From Pseudomonadota bacterium (GTDB taxonomy: Bacteria; Bdellovibrionota_B; Oligoflexia; Oligoflexales; CAIYRB01): 64,000 bases of DNA. Position numbers and translations under genes: made by a program. Positions 26,855 through 35,090 of this stretch are shown piece after piece. The stretch spans positions 9,877 through 73,876 of the forward strand of contig JANOTL010000223.1 in assembly GCA_031416315.1 (NCBI GenBank), in the 5' to 3' direction. Positions within the stretch are counted from its first letter, which is position 1, and each line of letters opens with the position of its first letter. Below the pieces are notes generated by a model that saw nothing but the letters and a program-made list of their open reading frames with translations, did not search any database and was not told the origin of the DNA.

Positions 26855-27946
26855 CTTCTCTTTTTCTTGCTTGTTGGCCTTCGCATCCATCTCTTTCTTG
26901 TGCTTGGCCTTCTCCTGCTTCTTGACCTCGGCCGTCTGATCCTCGAGAAACCAGGTCTTTTGCAGGGCCTTGAGCGTGATGGTCAGCTCCTGCATCGTCT
27001 CGAGTGTCGTCTTGGCGAACACCGGATTCTTCTTCATCTCCGCCGAGACGGACTCGAGCGCGTCGAGAATGGAGATGACGAGCTTCTGGCGCTCTGCCAC
27101 GGGGGCTAAGACGACGTTCGCATATTGCATGGTCTTGTCCATGTTGCCGAAGGCCTTGGCCATCAGCTTCGTCTCCAGGAGGTCCTGGTCGATCTTCTCG
27201 AAGGTGTCGGTGCCGGCGACGACGAAGTTCTTCATCAAGCCGTTGGCGAAGAGATCTTTGTCGAGGCGGCCGAAGACCCTGGCGCCGGAGTCGACGAACT
27301 TCGGGATCTCCATGTTCTTTTTCTTGAGCTCCTGCGTCATGACGATGAGGTCGTCGGTGAGCTTGAGCACGTTGTTCAGGACCGGCGGGACCTTGGCGAT
27401 CACTTCGTTCATCTCGCCGGACTTGTAGCGGGAGAAGATCTCGTTGGTGTCCTTTAGCGCGGTGGTGATCCCGGCCAGGAGGGTGTCGACCGAGTTCATC
27501 ATCTCGGAGAGCTTACGGCCGGAGAGGAACTCCGACAGGTCGGTCGCTTCTTTGCCGCTGATCGTGCCGCGATGCGGGATCTCGGGGCCGTCGAGCGCGC
27601 CGGGGATGATGTCGATCTTCTTCTCGCCGATGATGAAGGCGCGGAAGACGTTGGCGACCGAGCCTTCGCGGATGCGCTCGGCGACGGTCTTCTGAACCTC
27701 GAGCGTCACGGTGATCCGGTTGTCGGGCTCGACCTCCAAGCCCGCGACCTCGCCGACGCGCAGACCCGAGATGGTGACAGCCGAGCCGATGCGCAGGCCG
27801 TCGGCGTCCGTCACCTTGGTGAAGTAGGTGTTCTTCGCCTCGAACCAGAAGTTGCGCTTGCCGATCTGCCAGATGGCAAAGCCGACGAACATGCTCACGC
27901 CGAGCATGCCGGCGAGCGCCTTCTTTTCTTGCGTTGAAAGGCTCAT
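26843..27946 (-). CDS. MlaD/MCE family protein
   Basis: TM helix then ADGLRIGSAVTISGLRVGEV MCE motif and a long helical C-terminus; ATGA overlap with the upstream gene. Confidence 0.88.
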   Translation of the reverse strand: MSLSTQEKKALAGMLGVSMFVGFAIWQIGKRNFWFEAKNTYFTKVTDADGLRIGSAVTISGLRVGEVAGLEVEPDNRITVTLEVQKTVAERIREGSVANVFRAFIIGEKKIDIIPGALDGPEIPHRGTISGKEATDLSEFLSGRKLSEMMNSVDTLLAGITTALKDTNEIFSRYKSGEMNEVIAKVPPVLNNVLKLTDDLIVMTQELKKKNMEIPKFVDSGARVFGRLDKDLFANGLMKNFVVAGTDTFEKIDQDLLETKLMAKAFGNMDKTMQYANVVLAPVAERQKLVISILDALESVSAEMKKNPVFAKTTLETMQELTITLKALQKTWFLEDQTAEVKKQEKAKHKKEMDAKANKQEKEKLSK

Positions 27947-28728
27947 GCGCTTTTCCTTACGGCGCGAACGCCGAGAGCGCGCAGGATGTCCGCGCTCTTG
28001 ATCCATTCGTCCGCGATGAAGTCTCGGTAGTCGGTGGTGATGCGGTTGGTCTCGGGATGGAGGACCCAGTCGGCCGCCGCGAGGCCGAAGGGATAATCGT
28101 TGGTGCCGATGAGGATGCCTCGACCCTTCGCCTTCTGCTCGAAGAGCCAGTTGAGCATCGCCGGCATGGTCGGCGAGGCGATCAAGGCAGAGGGGTCGTC
28201 CAAGATCAAGACGCGCGGGTCGAGGACGATCGAGCGCGCGAGGAGGACGCGCTTCCTGATCTCCCAGTTGATGCGGTCCGGGCGCACGTGCCAAAGATTC
28301 TCGGGAATCCCGGCCTGGCGCAGGGCGCTGATCGCGATCTCGTTCTTCGTCATCCCCTCATGGTAGCGGTCGTGGTACTTCGCCGGCAGGTCGACGTTGT
28401 CCATGAGCGTCAAGTTCGAGAGGAGCCCCTTCTCGCGGAAGCCGAAGCCGATCCGCTGGCGCCAGGCGCTCAGCCCCTTGTCGTTCGATTTCGCGTCGCG
28501 GACGTGCGTGCCCTCCAAGACGAGCTCGCCCTGGTCGATCTTGCCGGTGCCCATGATGAGCCGGAAGAGGGACGAGGTCTCCTTGCCGCCGAAGACGACG
28601 CCGACCTGGCCGCCGAGGAGCGCGAAGTCGAGCGGATGCACGTTCCCCAACGGGCCGAGCGGCGACGAGCCGACGACTTGGCGTAGCTCCAATTGTGGCT
28701 TTCCGACACCGGTGGAGAGCTCGGTCAC
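27943..28728 (-). CDS. MlaF-like ABC ATPase-fold protein with degenerate catalytic motifs
   Basis: ABC fold (GLLSNLTLMDNVDLP, RKRVLLARSIVLDPRVLILDDP) but Walker A, signature and H-loop are altered; GTGA overlap with mlaE. Confidence 0.8.
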   Translation of the reverse strand: MTELSTGVGKPQLELRQVVGSSPLGPLGNVHPLDFALLGGQVGVVFGGKETSSLFRLIMGTGKIDQGELVLEGTHVRDAKSNDKGLSAWRQRIGFGFREKGLLSNLTLMDNVDLPAKYHDRYHEGMTKNEIAISALRQAGIPENLWHVRPDRINWEIRKRVLLARSIVLDPRVLILDDPSALIASPTMPAMLNWLFEQKAKGRGILIGTNDYPFGLAAADWVLHPETNRITTDYRDFIADEWIKSADILRALGVRAVRKSA

Positions 28729-29468
28729 AAGTCGATCCCATACAGGACGTAGTAGATGACGCTTAGGGTGAAGTGGATGCCCATCGCGAAGGTGAGCGAG
28801 TCGACGACGGCACGGTTGGTGACGATCGGCACCTCGAAGGGCGCCGCCTTCAAGGACAGCCCGCGTTGCAGGCAGGTGTTGGCAATGACGCCGCCGATGA
28901 TCACCGTCTTCAGGGTGAAAAAGAGGAAATCCGCGGGGCGGATCGCCTGCGCCACGCTCGTCAGATACTGCGAAAGCGGGAAATACGAGCTGATGTTGGC
29001 GCCGATCCAGCCGCCGAGAAGGGCGAAGCCGAGGAAGGTGATCGACATGCAGGTGAGCGACACCATCAAAGCCACGATGCGCGGCGCGAGGATGTAGTGG
29101 TAGACGTTGATGCCCATGATGTTGAGCGCCTCGATCTCCTGCTGGAACTTGATCGTCGCCATTTCGGCAGCGATCGCGGTGCCGGAGCGCGCGATGATCA
29201 GCATGGCGGAGACGAGCGGCGTCACCTCGCGGAAGACGATGAACACCAGCACTTTGCCGAGCTGATTGTTGTTGCCGAGCAGGGCGAGGCCGAAGTTTGC
29301 TTGCAGCGCGATGGCGACGCCGGAGCCGATGCCAAGCACGGCGATCATCATGGTCGACTGCACGAAGGTGAAATAGATCTGCATCAGAGTGTTCCGGAAG
29401 AACTCTCTGCGGTGTCCCCGTTCCCAGGGAAAGTAATTGGCTAAGCCGAGCCGGGCGATGAGGGCCAT
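28725..29468 (-). CDS. MlaE family ABC permease
   Basis: REVTPL..IARSGTAIAAEMATIK..EIEAL..MGI..Y..PR and VP.VTNRAVV motifs. Confidence 0.9.
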   Translation of the reverse strand: MALIARLGLANYFPWERGHRREFFRNTLMQIYFTFVQSTMMIAVLGIGSGVAIALQANFGLALLGNNNQLGKVLVFIVFREVTPLVSAMLIIARSGTAIAAEMATIKFQQEIEALNIMGINVYHYILAPRIVALMVSLTCMSITFLGFALLGGWIGANISSYFPLSQYLTSVAQAIRPADFLFFTLKTVIIGGVIANTCLQRGLSLKAAPFEVPIVTNRAVVDSLTFAMGIHFTLSVIYYVLYGIDL

Positions 29469-29563
29469 GGTGCGTGCGGTCTTTGGCGGGGGATGGATTC
29501 AACGGTGGGATTTCTTTATAATAATTGATTAGGGTCAGGGTCACAAGACTCGAGGGAGTTCGC

Positions 29564-30163
29564 ATGCGCCGCAAGATTTACGCCTCCTTGTTCACGCTGG
29601 GAATTTTCTGCGCGGTCGCGGTGCAAGCGCAGGAGCCGCCTTCGCCGGAGGCTGCGGCGCCCGAGGCCGCGGACGCAGAGGGCGAAGCCGCCGATGAGGG
29701 CGCCGAAGCCCCGGGCGAAGGCGGCGCCGAGGACGACGGCCACTACACCGCGATCGAGGCCTTTCTCAACGGCACGACCCCCACGAATCTCGTAGAGAAA
29801 GTCGGCGCGTTTTACGCCAAGGACGCGCGCTACGAGGATCCCTTCGGCGAGGTCACCGGCCGGATCGAGATCGAACGGCGCTTCGAACGCTGGTTCGCGG
29901 ACTTGGACAGCGTATCGTTTCAGATCAAGGAAGTTTTTGCCTCAGGCGACGAGACGGTCGCGCTGTGGACGATGGAGCTGAAGCACAAGAAAGTCGGCGG
30001 CGGCGACCCCGTCTCGGTCGACGGCGCCTCGCAGTTCCGCTTCGCGGGCGAGCAGGTCGTCTATCACCGCAGCTACTACGACGCGGGGGCGCTCGTGTAT
30101 GAGCACGTGACGTTCGTCGGATGGCTGGTGAAGTGGGTGAAGAAGAAGGTCGCGGGGACTTAG
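29564..30163 (+). CDS. Secreted SnoaL/NTF2-like protein
   Basis: Signal peptide, acidic linker, then FYAKDARYEDPFG...W..M...HRSYYD. Confidence 0.8.
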   Translation: MRRKIYASLFTLGIFCAVAVQAQEPPSPEAAAPEAADAEGEAADEGAEAPGEGGAEDDGHYTAIEAFLNGTTPTNLVEKVGAFYAKDARYEDPFGEVTGRIEIERRFERWFADLDSVSFQIKEVFASGDETVALWTMELKHKKVGGGDPVSVDGASQFRFAGEQVVYHRSYYDAGALVYEHVTFVGWLVKWVKKKVAGT

Positions 30164-30164
30164 T

Positions 30165-30347
30165 TCACCGGTTGTGGAGCTTGCCGCTTTTCGCCTGGAA
30201 GCAACTGGACGCGCGCGGCAGCATCGGATCGCACGAGGGCGTGTCCCCAATCTCCGAGAGCGCGTTCCGCTTGCCGCCCGACTTAGTCGTCGAGATGCAG
30301 GCGGTGGTGCTCAGAGCGACCAGGAAGAGTGCGAGAAAAAAGCGCAT
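30165..30347 (-). CDS. Small lipoprotein
   Basis: MRFFLALFLVALSTTA-C lipobox; GGAGG upstream. Confidence 0.55.
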   Translation of the reverse strand: MRFFLALFLVALSTTACISTTKSGGKRNALSEIGDTPSCDPMLPRASSCFQAKSGKLHNR

Positions 30348-30424
30348 GCGAGGCCTCCGACGGGGGGATAGCCTCATTATCCGGCGCGCGTCCCCGGCTG
30401 GATAGCCGGCAGAAACTGCCGCCC

Positions 30425-30889
30425 TCAGCGGCGCGACCGCATCGCGCGCTGGATCTCCTTGTTGGAGTCCCGCTCTTTCGAGGCCTCGCGCTTGTCGTGG
30501 AGCTTCTTGCCCTTGGCGACGCCGATCTCAACCTTGACGAAGGAGCCGACGAAGTAGAGCTTCAAGGGCACGACCGTCAGGCCTTTTTCCGAGATCTTCT
30601 CTTCGAGCTTCGCGATCTCGTGCTTGTGCAGGAGGAGCTTTCGCGGACGCTTCTCGAAGTGGTTGGCGTAGGTGCCGTGGCTGTAGTGGCCGATGTGGAC
30701 GTCGAGGAGCATCGCCTCCCCCTGGGCGGTGATGCTGACCCAGCCGTCCGTCAGGTTCACCTTCGCCTCGCGGACCGATTTCACCTCGGTGCCGGTCAAA
30801 GCGATCCCCGCCTCCAGCTTTTCCCCGATCGTATACTCGTGAAAGGCTTTGCGATTATCGGCGACGACCTTGACGGCCTTGTGGTCCAG
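30425..30889 (-). CDS. smpB: SsrA-binding protein SmpB
   Basis: NRKAFHEY..EAGIALTGTEVKS, RKLLLHKHEI and GKKLHDKR motifs. The N-terminus extends upstream of the listed ORF; CTG start at 30889 proposed. Confidence 0.95.
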   Translation of the reverse strand: MDHKAVKVVADNRKAFHEYTIGEKLEAGIALTGTEVKSVREAKVNLTDGWVSITAQGEAMLLDVHIGHYSHGTYANHFEKRPRKLLLHKHEIAKLEEKISEKGLTVVPLKLYFVGSFVKVEIGVAKGKKLHDKREASKERDSNKEIQRAMRSRR

Positions 30890-30950
30890 GGGGAATTCCT
30901 CGTACGAAGGGGGGGCGAAGCGCCACGACCGGGGAGCCTAACATAGAGCC

Positions 30951-31922
30951 ATGACCGAGGCGACGGCCATCGACGGGGAGTATCGCAGCCTGGGAGGTCC
31001 GGTGACGGCCGGCTTCGCCGGCGTACGGGTCGACGCCTTCCTAGCGCGCGAGTTCCCGTTCCTGTCGCGAGCCGGCTGGCAAAGGCGCATTGAGGAGGGC
31101 GGTCTTCACGTCAACGGCGGGCCCGTGCGCGCGGTTTCTGCGCGCCTTCGGACCGGCGACCGGCTCTCGCTCTTCTACCCGCAGCTCGTGGAGCCTGAGG
31201 TCGACCGCGGCGTGCGCGTCCTCTGGGAGGATCGCGGCGTCATGGCCGCGTTCAAGCCGGGGAACCTCCCGATGCACGAGAACGGGCCGTACAAGAAGAA
31301 CACCTTCGCCGAGATCCTAGGCGAGTTGTGCGGGCGTGAGTGGTCGGCCGTGCATCGGCTGGACCGTGAGACGAGCGGCATCGTCATCTGCGGGGCGACG
31401 GCGGCGTTGCGCGCGCAGTTGAGCCGGGATCTGAATGGCCGGCGCATGCGCAAGGAGTACCTGGCGCTCGTGCGCGGCGCGCCGTCACGCGCCGCGTGGA
31501 CGGAGGACGGGCCGATCGGCGACCTGGCCTCGAGCGAGATCCGCATCAAGAAGTGGGTGGTCGAGGGCGGGCTCTCGGCCCTCACGCATTTCAACGTCCT
31601 GGAGACGCGCGGCGAGATGTCTCTCTTGAGGGCGCGGCCGGTGACCGGACGGACGAATCAGATCCGCATCCACGCCGCGTACGCGGGCCACGTCTTGTTC
31701 GGGGACAAGCTCTATCATCCGGACGAAGCCGTCTTCCTCGAGTACTTCGAGGAAGGGCAGACCGAGAACGTCACCGAGCGTACCGGTTTCCCGCGGCTCT
31801 GCCTGCACGCGACGTCGATGGAGCTGACGTCGCCGGTGACGCGGGGGTTGGTGCGGATCGAGTGTCCCTTGCCCGACGACATGGCCGCGTTCTGGGACTC
31901 AGCGGGACGGCGGGATTCCTAG
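30951..31922 (+). CDS. RluA-family pseudouridine synthase with S4-like N-terminus
   Basis: HRLDRETSG, TGRTNQIRIH, GDKLY and RLCLHA motifs. Confidence 0.93.
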   Translation: MTEATAIDGEYRSLGGPVTAGFAGVRVDAFLAREFPFLSRAGWQRRIEEGGLHVNGGPVRAVSARLRTGDRLSLFYPQLVEPEVDRGVRVLWEDRGVMAAFKPGNLPMHENGPYKKNTFAEILGELCGREWSAVHRLDRETSGIVICGATAALRAQLSRDLNGRRMRKEYLALVRGAPSRAAWTEDGPIGDLASSEIRIKKWVVEGGLSALTHFNVLETRGEMSLLRARPVTGRTNQIRIHAAYAGHVLFGDKLYHPDEAVFLEYFEEGQTENVTERTGFPRLCLHATSMELTSPVTRGLVRIECPLPDDMAAFWDSAGRRDS

Positions 31923-33338
31923 GACGGTGCGATTCGCCCACAGATAGGCGGCCTTCTTCTGCAGCTCGTCGAAGGTCGTGCCGAGCGGCTTCAGGATGCC
32001 GTCCGAAGAAGGCTCGCTGGTGGTCGAGATCGACTGGGCCAAGGTGCGGAGCGCGTCCTCGCCGTAAAGGCGCTCGATCGCGAAGATCAGGTAGAGGCTT
32101 TGACGGTAGGCCCGGCCGGCGCGCGCCGCGTCGAGGGAAATGTACGGCGCGAAGAAGGAGGGCGAGCCGAGAAAGCTCCCCGGCGTCGCGGGAAAAACGA
32201 AAGGACCGCAGCCGGGCGACGCGCAGGCGAGGCGCTGCGCCATGCCTTCGTCGAACCAGGGAGGCAATTGGCGGGCGTCGCTCGCGAGCGAAAAGAGCGC
32301 GTGCACGAGCTCGTGGCGCAAGACCTCGCGCAGGAGCTTCGCGTCTGGATTTTGCAGCGTCGTCTCGCGAATCGGGATGCGCAAACGGCCGTCGAAGATG
32401 CCCTCGGCCCAGTCGGGGCCGCCGACGACGATGCCCTTGAACTGCGCCGCGGGATAGAGGATCACCTCGATCGGCGCGGGCGGCGGCTTCAAGCCGTAGG
32501 TCTCGACGTATTCGTCGAGGGCGATCTCGAGGTTCTCGAGCACGTTGTTGACGAGATCTTCGTGATCGCCCGAGCGGTAGAGGAGTCGAAAGTTGCGGGA
32601 CGTCTCGTACTGCTGGAGCGGCGCCTCCTTGGCGCGAGCGCGCATGCTCTGTAGGCGCTGGCTCACGCCCTCGAGCTTCGCGTCTTGCGCTGCGGCCTGC
32701 TCGAGCATCTTCACGGCGTCGTCGTAGCGGCCTTCCGACTCGAGGACGTCGGCGTAGAGCACCTGCATCTCGAGGTCTCCGGACTCGCGCTCCAGGTACC
32801 AGCCGAATTGCTCCTGGGCGCCGATGAAATTCTTTTGCTTGTAGTAGCAGACGGCCAGCCCCTTCGCCGTCTCCTTCGAGCGCTTCAAGGACTCGGCCCG
32901 GCGGAAGAGCGGCGTCGCGTCCTCGCAGTCGCCGAGACGCAGCTTGGACCAGCCGGCGGAGGCGAGGAGCACCGGGAGCTGCTGCATGAGCCATTCGTGG
33001 AACGCGGGGGAGAGGTCCTCGCGCGCCGCGTTCTGATCCGCCAAGGTCAGAGCGGATACGAAGTCGCCGGTGGCGAACTTCGCGTGGATCTTGCGCACGA
33101 GCTCGGTTTCGGCGGCGTTCATTTCCGGCGCGGCGGGGAGCGCCAGCTTCGGCGCGACTGGGACGGGGACGGTCGTCGCGGCGGCGGCGACGGTCGGCGA
33201 CGCGGCGCGCGCCGCCGGTGCCGTCTCGGCGAGGACGACTTTCGGCGCCTCGAAGGACCAGCTGCGAAAGGCATGGCCCACGAGGGCTAAGGCCGCCACG
33301 GCCCCGATGAGGCCGAGCGTCGTGGTTTTCTTAGCCAT
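31899..33338 (-). CDS. TPR protein with peptidase MA-like (HExxH) domain
   Basis: N-terminal TM/signal, TPR repeats, LRHELVH and PPWFDEGMAQ. Confidence 0.8.
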   Translation of the reverse strand: MAKKTTTLGLIGAVAALALVGHAFRSWSFEAPKVVLAETAPAARAASPTVAAAATTVPVPVAPKLALPAAPEMNAAETELVRKIHAKFATGDFVSALTLADQNAAREDLSPAFHEWLMQQLPVLLASAGWSKLRLGDCEDATPLFRRAESLKRSKETAKGLAVCYYKQKNFIGAQEQFGWYLERESGDLEMQVLYADVLESEGRYDDAVKMLEQAAAQDAKLEGVSQRLQSMRARAKEAPLQQYETSRNFRLLYRSGDHEDLVNNVLENLEIALDEYVETYGLKPPPAPIEVILYPAAQFKGIVVGGPDWAEGIFDGRLRIPIRETTLQNPDAKLLREVLRHELVHALFSLASDARQLPPWFDEGMAQRLACASPGCGPFVFPATPGSFLGSPSFFAPYISLDAARAGRAYRQSLYLIFAIERLYGEDALRTLAQSISTTSEPSSDGILKPLGTTFDELQKKAAYLWANRTVLGIPPSR

Positions 33339-33349
33339 GCCGCTCGATT

Positions 33350-33622
33350 CTAAGCACGCAGCTTCTCGTCCAGCTGACCATTACGGTCCAGGGTGGCCAG
33401 CTCGGTGTAGCCGCCGATGAACTCCTTGCCGATGAAGATCATCGGCACGGTGCGGTAGCCGGCGTTCTCCGCCGAAAGGCGCTGGCGCAGGGCGTGGTCG
33501 CGCGAGAGGTCGACCTCCTTGAACAGGATGCCCTTTTCCTGCAGAAAACGCTTGGCAGCGGCGCAGTAGCCGCATACCTGCGTGGTGTAGATGACGACGT
33601 CCGAGGTCTGCATGGGATTCAT
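33350..33622 (-). CDS. grxC: Glutaredoxin 3
   Basis: CGYC active site; RTVPMIFI and IGGYTEL. Confidence 0.9.
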   Translation of the reverse strand: MNPMQTSDVVIYTTQVCGYCAAAKRFLQEKGILFKEVDLSRDHALRQRLSAENAGYRTVPMIFIGKEFIGGYTELATLDRNGQLDEKLRA

Positions 33623-33649
33623 CCTTGCAATATATACCGGGAGAGTGCT

Positions 33650-34768
33650 GTGAGCGAGCGCGACAACCCGCGAGAACTGTTGAATTCCTTATTGAGGAAA
33701 GCCGCCTCCGCCCTGAGGCTCGCCCGGACCCGGCCGGTGCTGGCGGACACGATTCTCGCCGACGAAGATGAAACGGAGCTGAGAGCCCGCATTCTCGACG
33801 CCTCGGGCGAGCTCGACGCCCCCCACCTCACCATCGCCTCCGACGGCCTCGACCTCGGCGCGAAGCTCGAGCTCGAGCGCGCCTTGAAGGCCGAGCTGGA
33901 GCTGCCGGACCTCACGATCAACTTCAGGCGCCAAAAACCTCTCACCGGGCCTCAGACGCCCTTGCCAGCGCGGGGCGCGCAGGCGCCTTTCGGCCTGACC
34001 TTCGACCGCAAGGCCATCCCGGGCGTGCGGGAGGTGATCGTCGTGGCCTCGGGCAAAGGCGGCGTCGGTAAATCGACCGTTGCGGTGAACCTGGCGGCGG
34101 CCCTGGCGAAGCGCGGCAGCAAGGTCGGTCTCCTCGACGCGGACATCTACGGGCCCTCGGCGCCGATGATGCTCGGCGCGCGCGGGACGATGCCGGTTTT
34201 CGAAGGCAAGGTCGTGCCGATCCAAGCGCACGGCGTCGGCGTCGTCTCGTTCGGCTTCCTGACCGACACGACGCAGCCGGTGATCTGGCGCGGGCCGCTC
34301 GTCGCGAAGGCTTTGCGTCAGCTCTGCTTCGACGTCGTGTGGGGCGAGCTCGACTATCTCGTCGTCGACCTGCCGCCGGGGACGGGCGACGTGCAAATGA
34401 CCTTGATCGAGAGCCTGCCGATCCACGGCGCGGTGATCGTGACGACGCCACAGGACGTGGCGCTGCTCGACGCGCACAAGGCGCTCACGATGTTCGAGAA
34501 GCTCGAGGTGCCCGTGATCGGCCTCGTCGAAAACATGGCCCATTTCCACTGCCCGAGCTGCGGCCACGAGGAGGCGATCTTCGGCGAGGGCGGCGGCGAC
34601 CGGATGGCGCTCGAGCGGAAGCTGAAAGTGATCGCGCGGCTCCCCTTGGGGCGGATCGTACGCGAGCGGGGTGACTCCGGGCAGCCTCTAGCGCTGGACG
34701 CGGACGGCCCGTTTGTCTTGGCGTTTCGGGAGCTTGCGGAGAAGGTGGCAAAGGCCGGGTGGCAGTGA
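33650..34768 (+). CDS. mrp: Mrp/NBP35 (ApbC) Fe-S carrier ATPase
   Basis: SGKGGVGKST, DADIYGPS, WRGP, DLPPGTGD and ENM..F.CPSC motifs. Confidence 0.93.
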   Translation: MSERDNPRELLNSLLRKAASALRLARTRPVLADTILADEDETELRARILDASGELDAPHLTIASDGLDLGAKLELERALKAELELPDLTINFRRQKPLTGPQTPLPARGAQAPFGLTFDRKAIPGVREVIVVASGKGGVGKSTVAVNLAAALAKRGSKVGLLDADIYGPSAPMMLGARGTMPVFEGKVVPIQAHGVGVVSFGFLTDTTQPVIWRGPLVAKALRQLCFDVVWGELDYLVVDLPPGTGDVQMTLIESLPIHGAVIVTTPQDVALLDAHKALTMFEKLEVPVIGLVENMAHFHCPSCGHEEAIFGEGGGDRMALERKLKVIARLPLGRIVRERGDSGQPLALDADGPFVLAFRELAEKVAKAGWQ

Positions 34769-34848
34769 GCGTCAAATTTTTCGACAGTCGACCAGCCTCC
34801 GTCGCAGGCGTGACGGGGCGTGCGCCGCGTTTTGAATGATGAAATGCG

Positions 34849-34864
34849 TGGCACGACGAGTGCA
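34849..34864 (+). promoter_or_regulatory. sigma54 (-24/-12) promoter
   Basis: TGGCACG-ACGA-GTGCA with exact GG-N10-GC spacing; candidate enhancer CGTCAAATTTTTCGACA at 34770-34786. Confidence 0.65.
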
Positions 34865-34871
34865 ATGAGAA

Positions 34872-35060
34872 CGGGGCGATCGGGCTCCCCGACTCGCAGG
34901 CCCCCTCGGTAAGATTGGTCGTTCCACTTTGGTCTACGCCCCGTAGGCCGTCCCCACTGCTGTTCTTGTTGCTTACCCGTTGCCCGCTCCCACACCCCCG
35001 CCGCCCACGACCAACTTACCACTCCATCCAAATGGCGCTCCTCCCCGGAGCGCCATTTCA
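34872..35060 (+). ncRNA. Candidate sigma54-dependent small RNA, copy A
   Basis: 5' hairpin; stem GGTAAGATTGGTCGT (34908-34922) with ACGACCAACTTACC (35007-35020) around a C-rich loop; terminal hairpin; shares motifs with copy B. Confidence 0.55.
35030..35058. terminator. Perfect 12-bp hairpin
   Basis: AAATGGCGCTCC-TCCCC-GGAGCGCCATTT. Confidence 0.7.
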
Positions 35061-35090
35061 CGTTGTGCGCATCTGCGGCTCGCTCATTTT

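Noticed and set aside
27943..29574. 543-aa and 483-aa ORF calls for MlaF and MlaD
   Set aside because: The N-terminal extensions are shadow frames over the upstream genes; true starts at 28728 and 27946 overlap the upstream stops.
34770..35090. tmRNA, 6S RNA or retron msr-msd identity for the intergenic element
   Set aside because: There are no tmRNA tRNA-like ends, no end-to-end 6S rod and no reverse transcriptase nearby. An Rfam scan is still needed.
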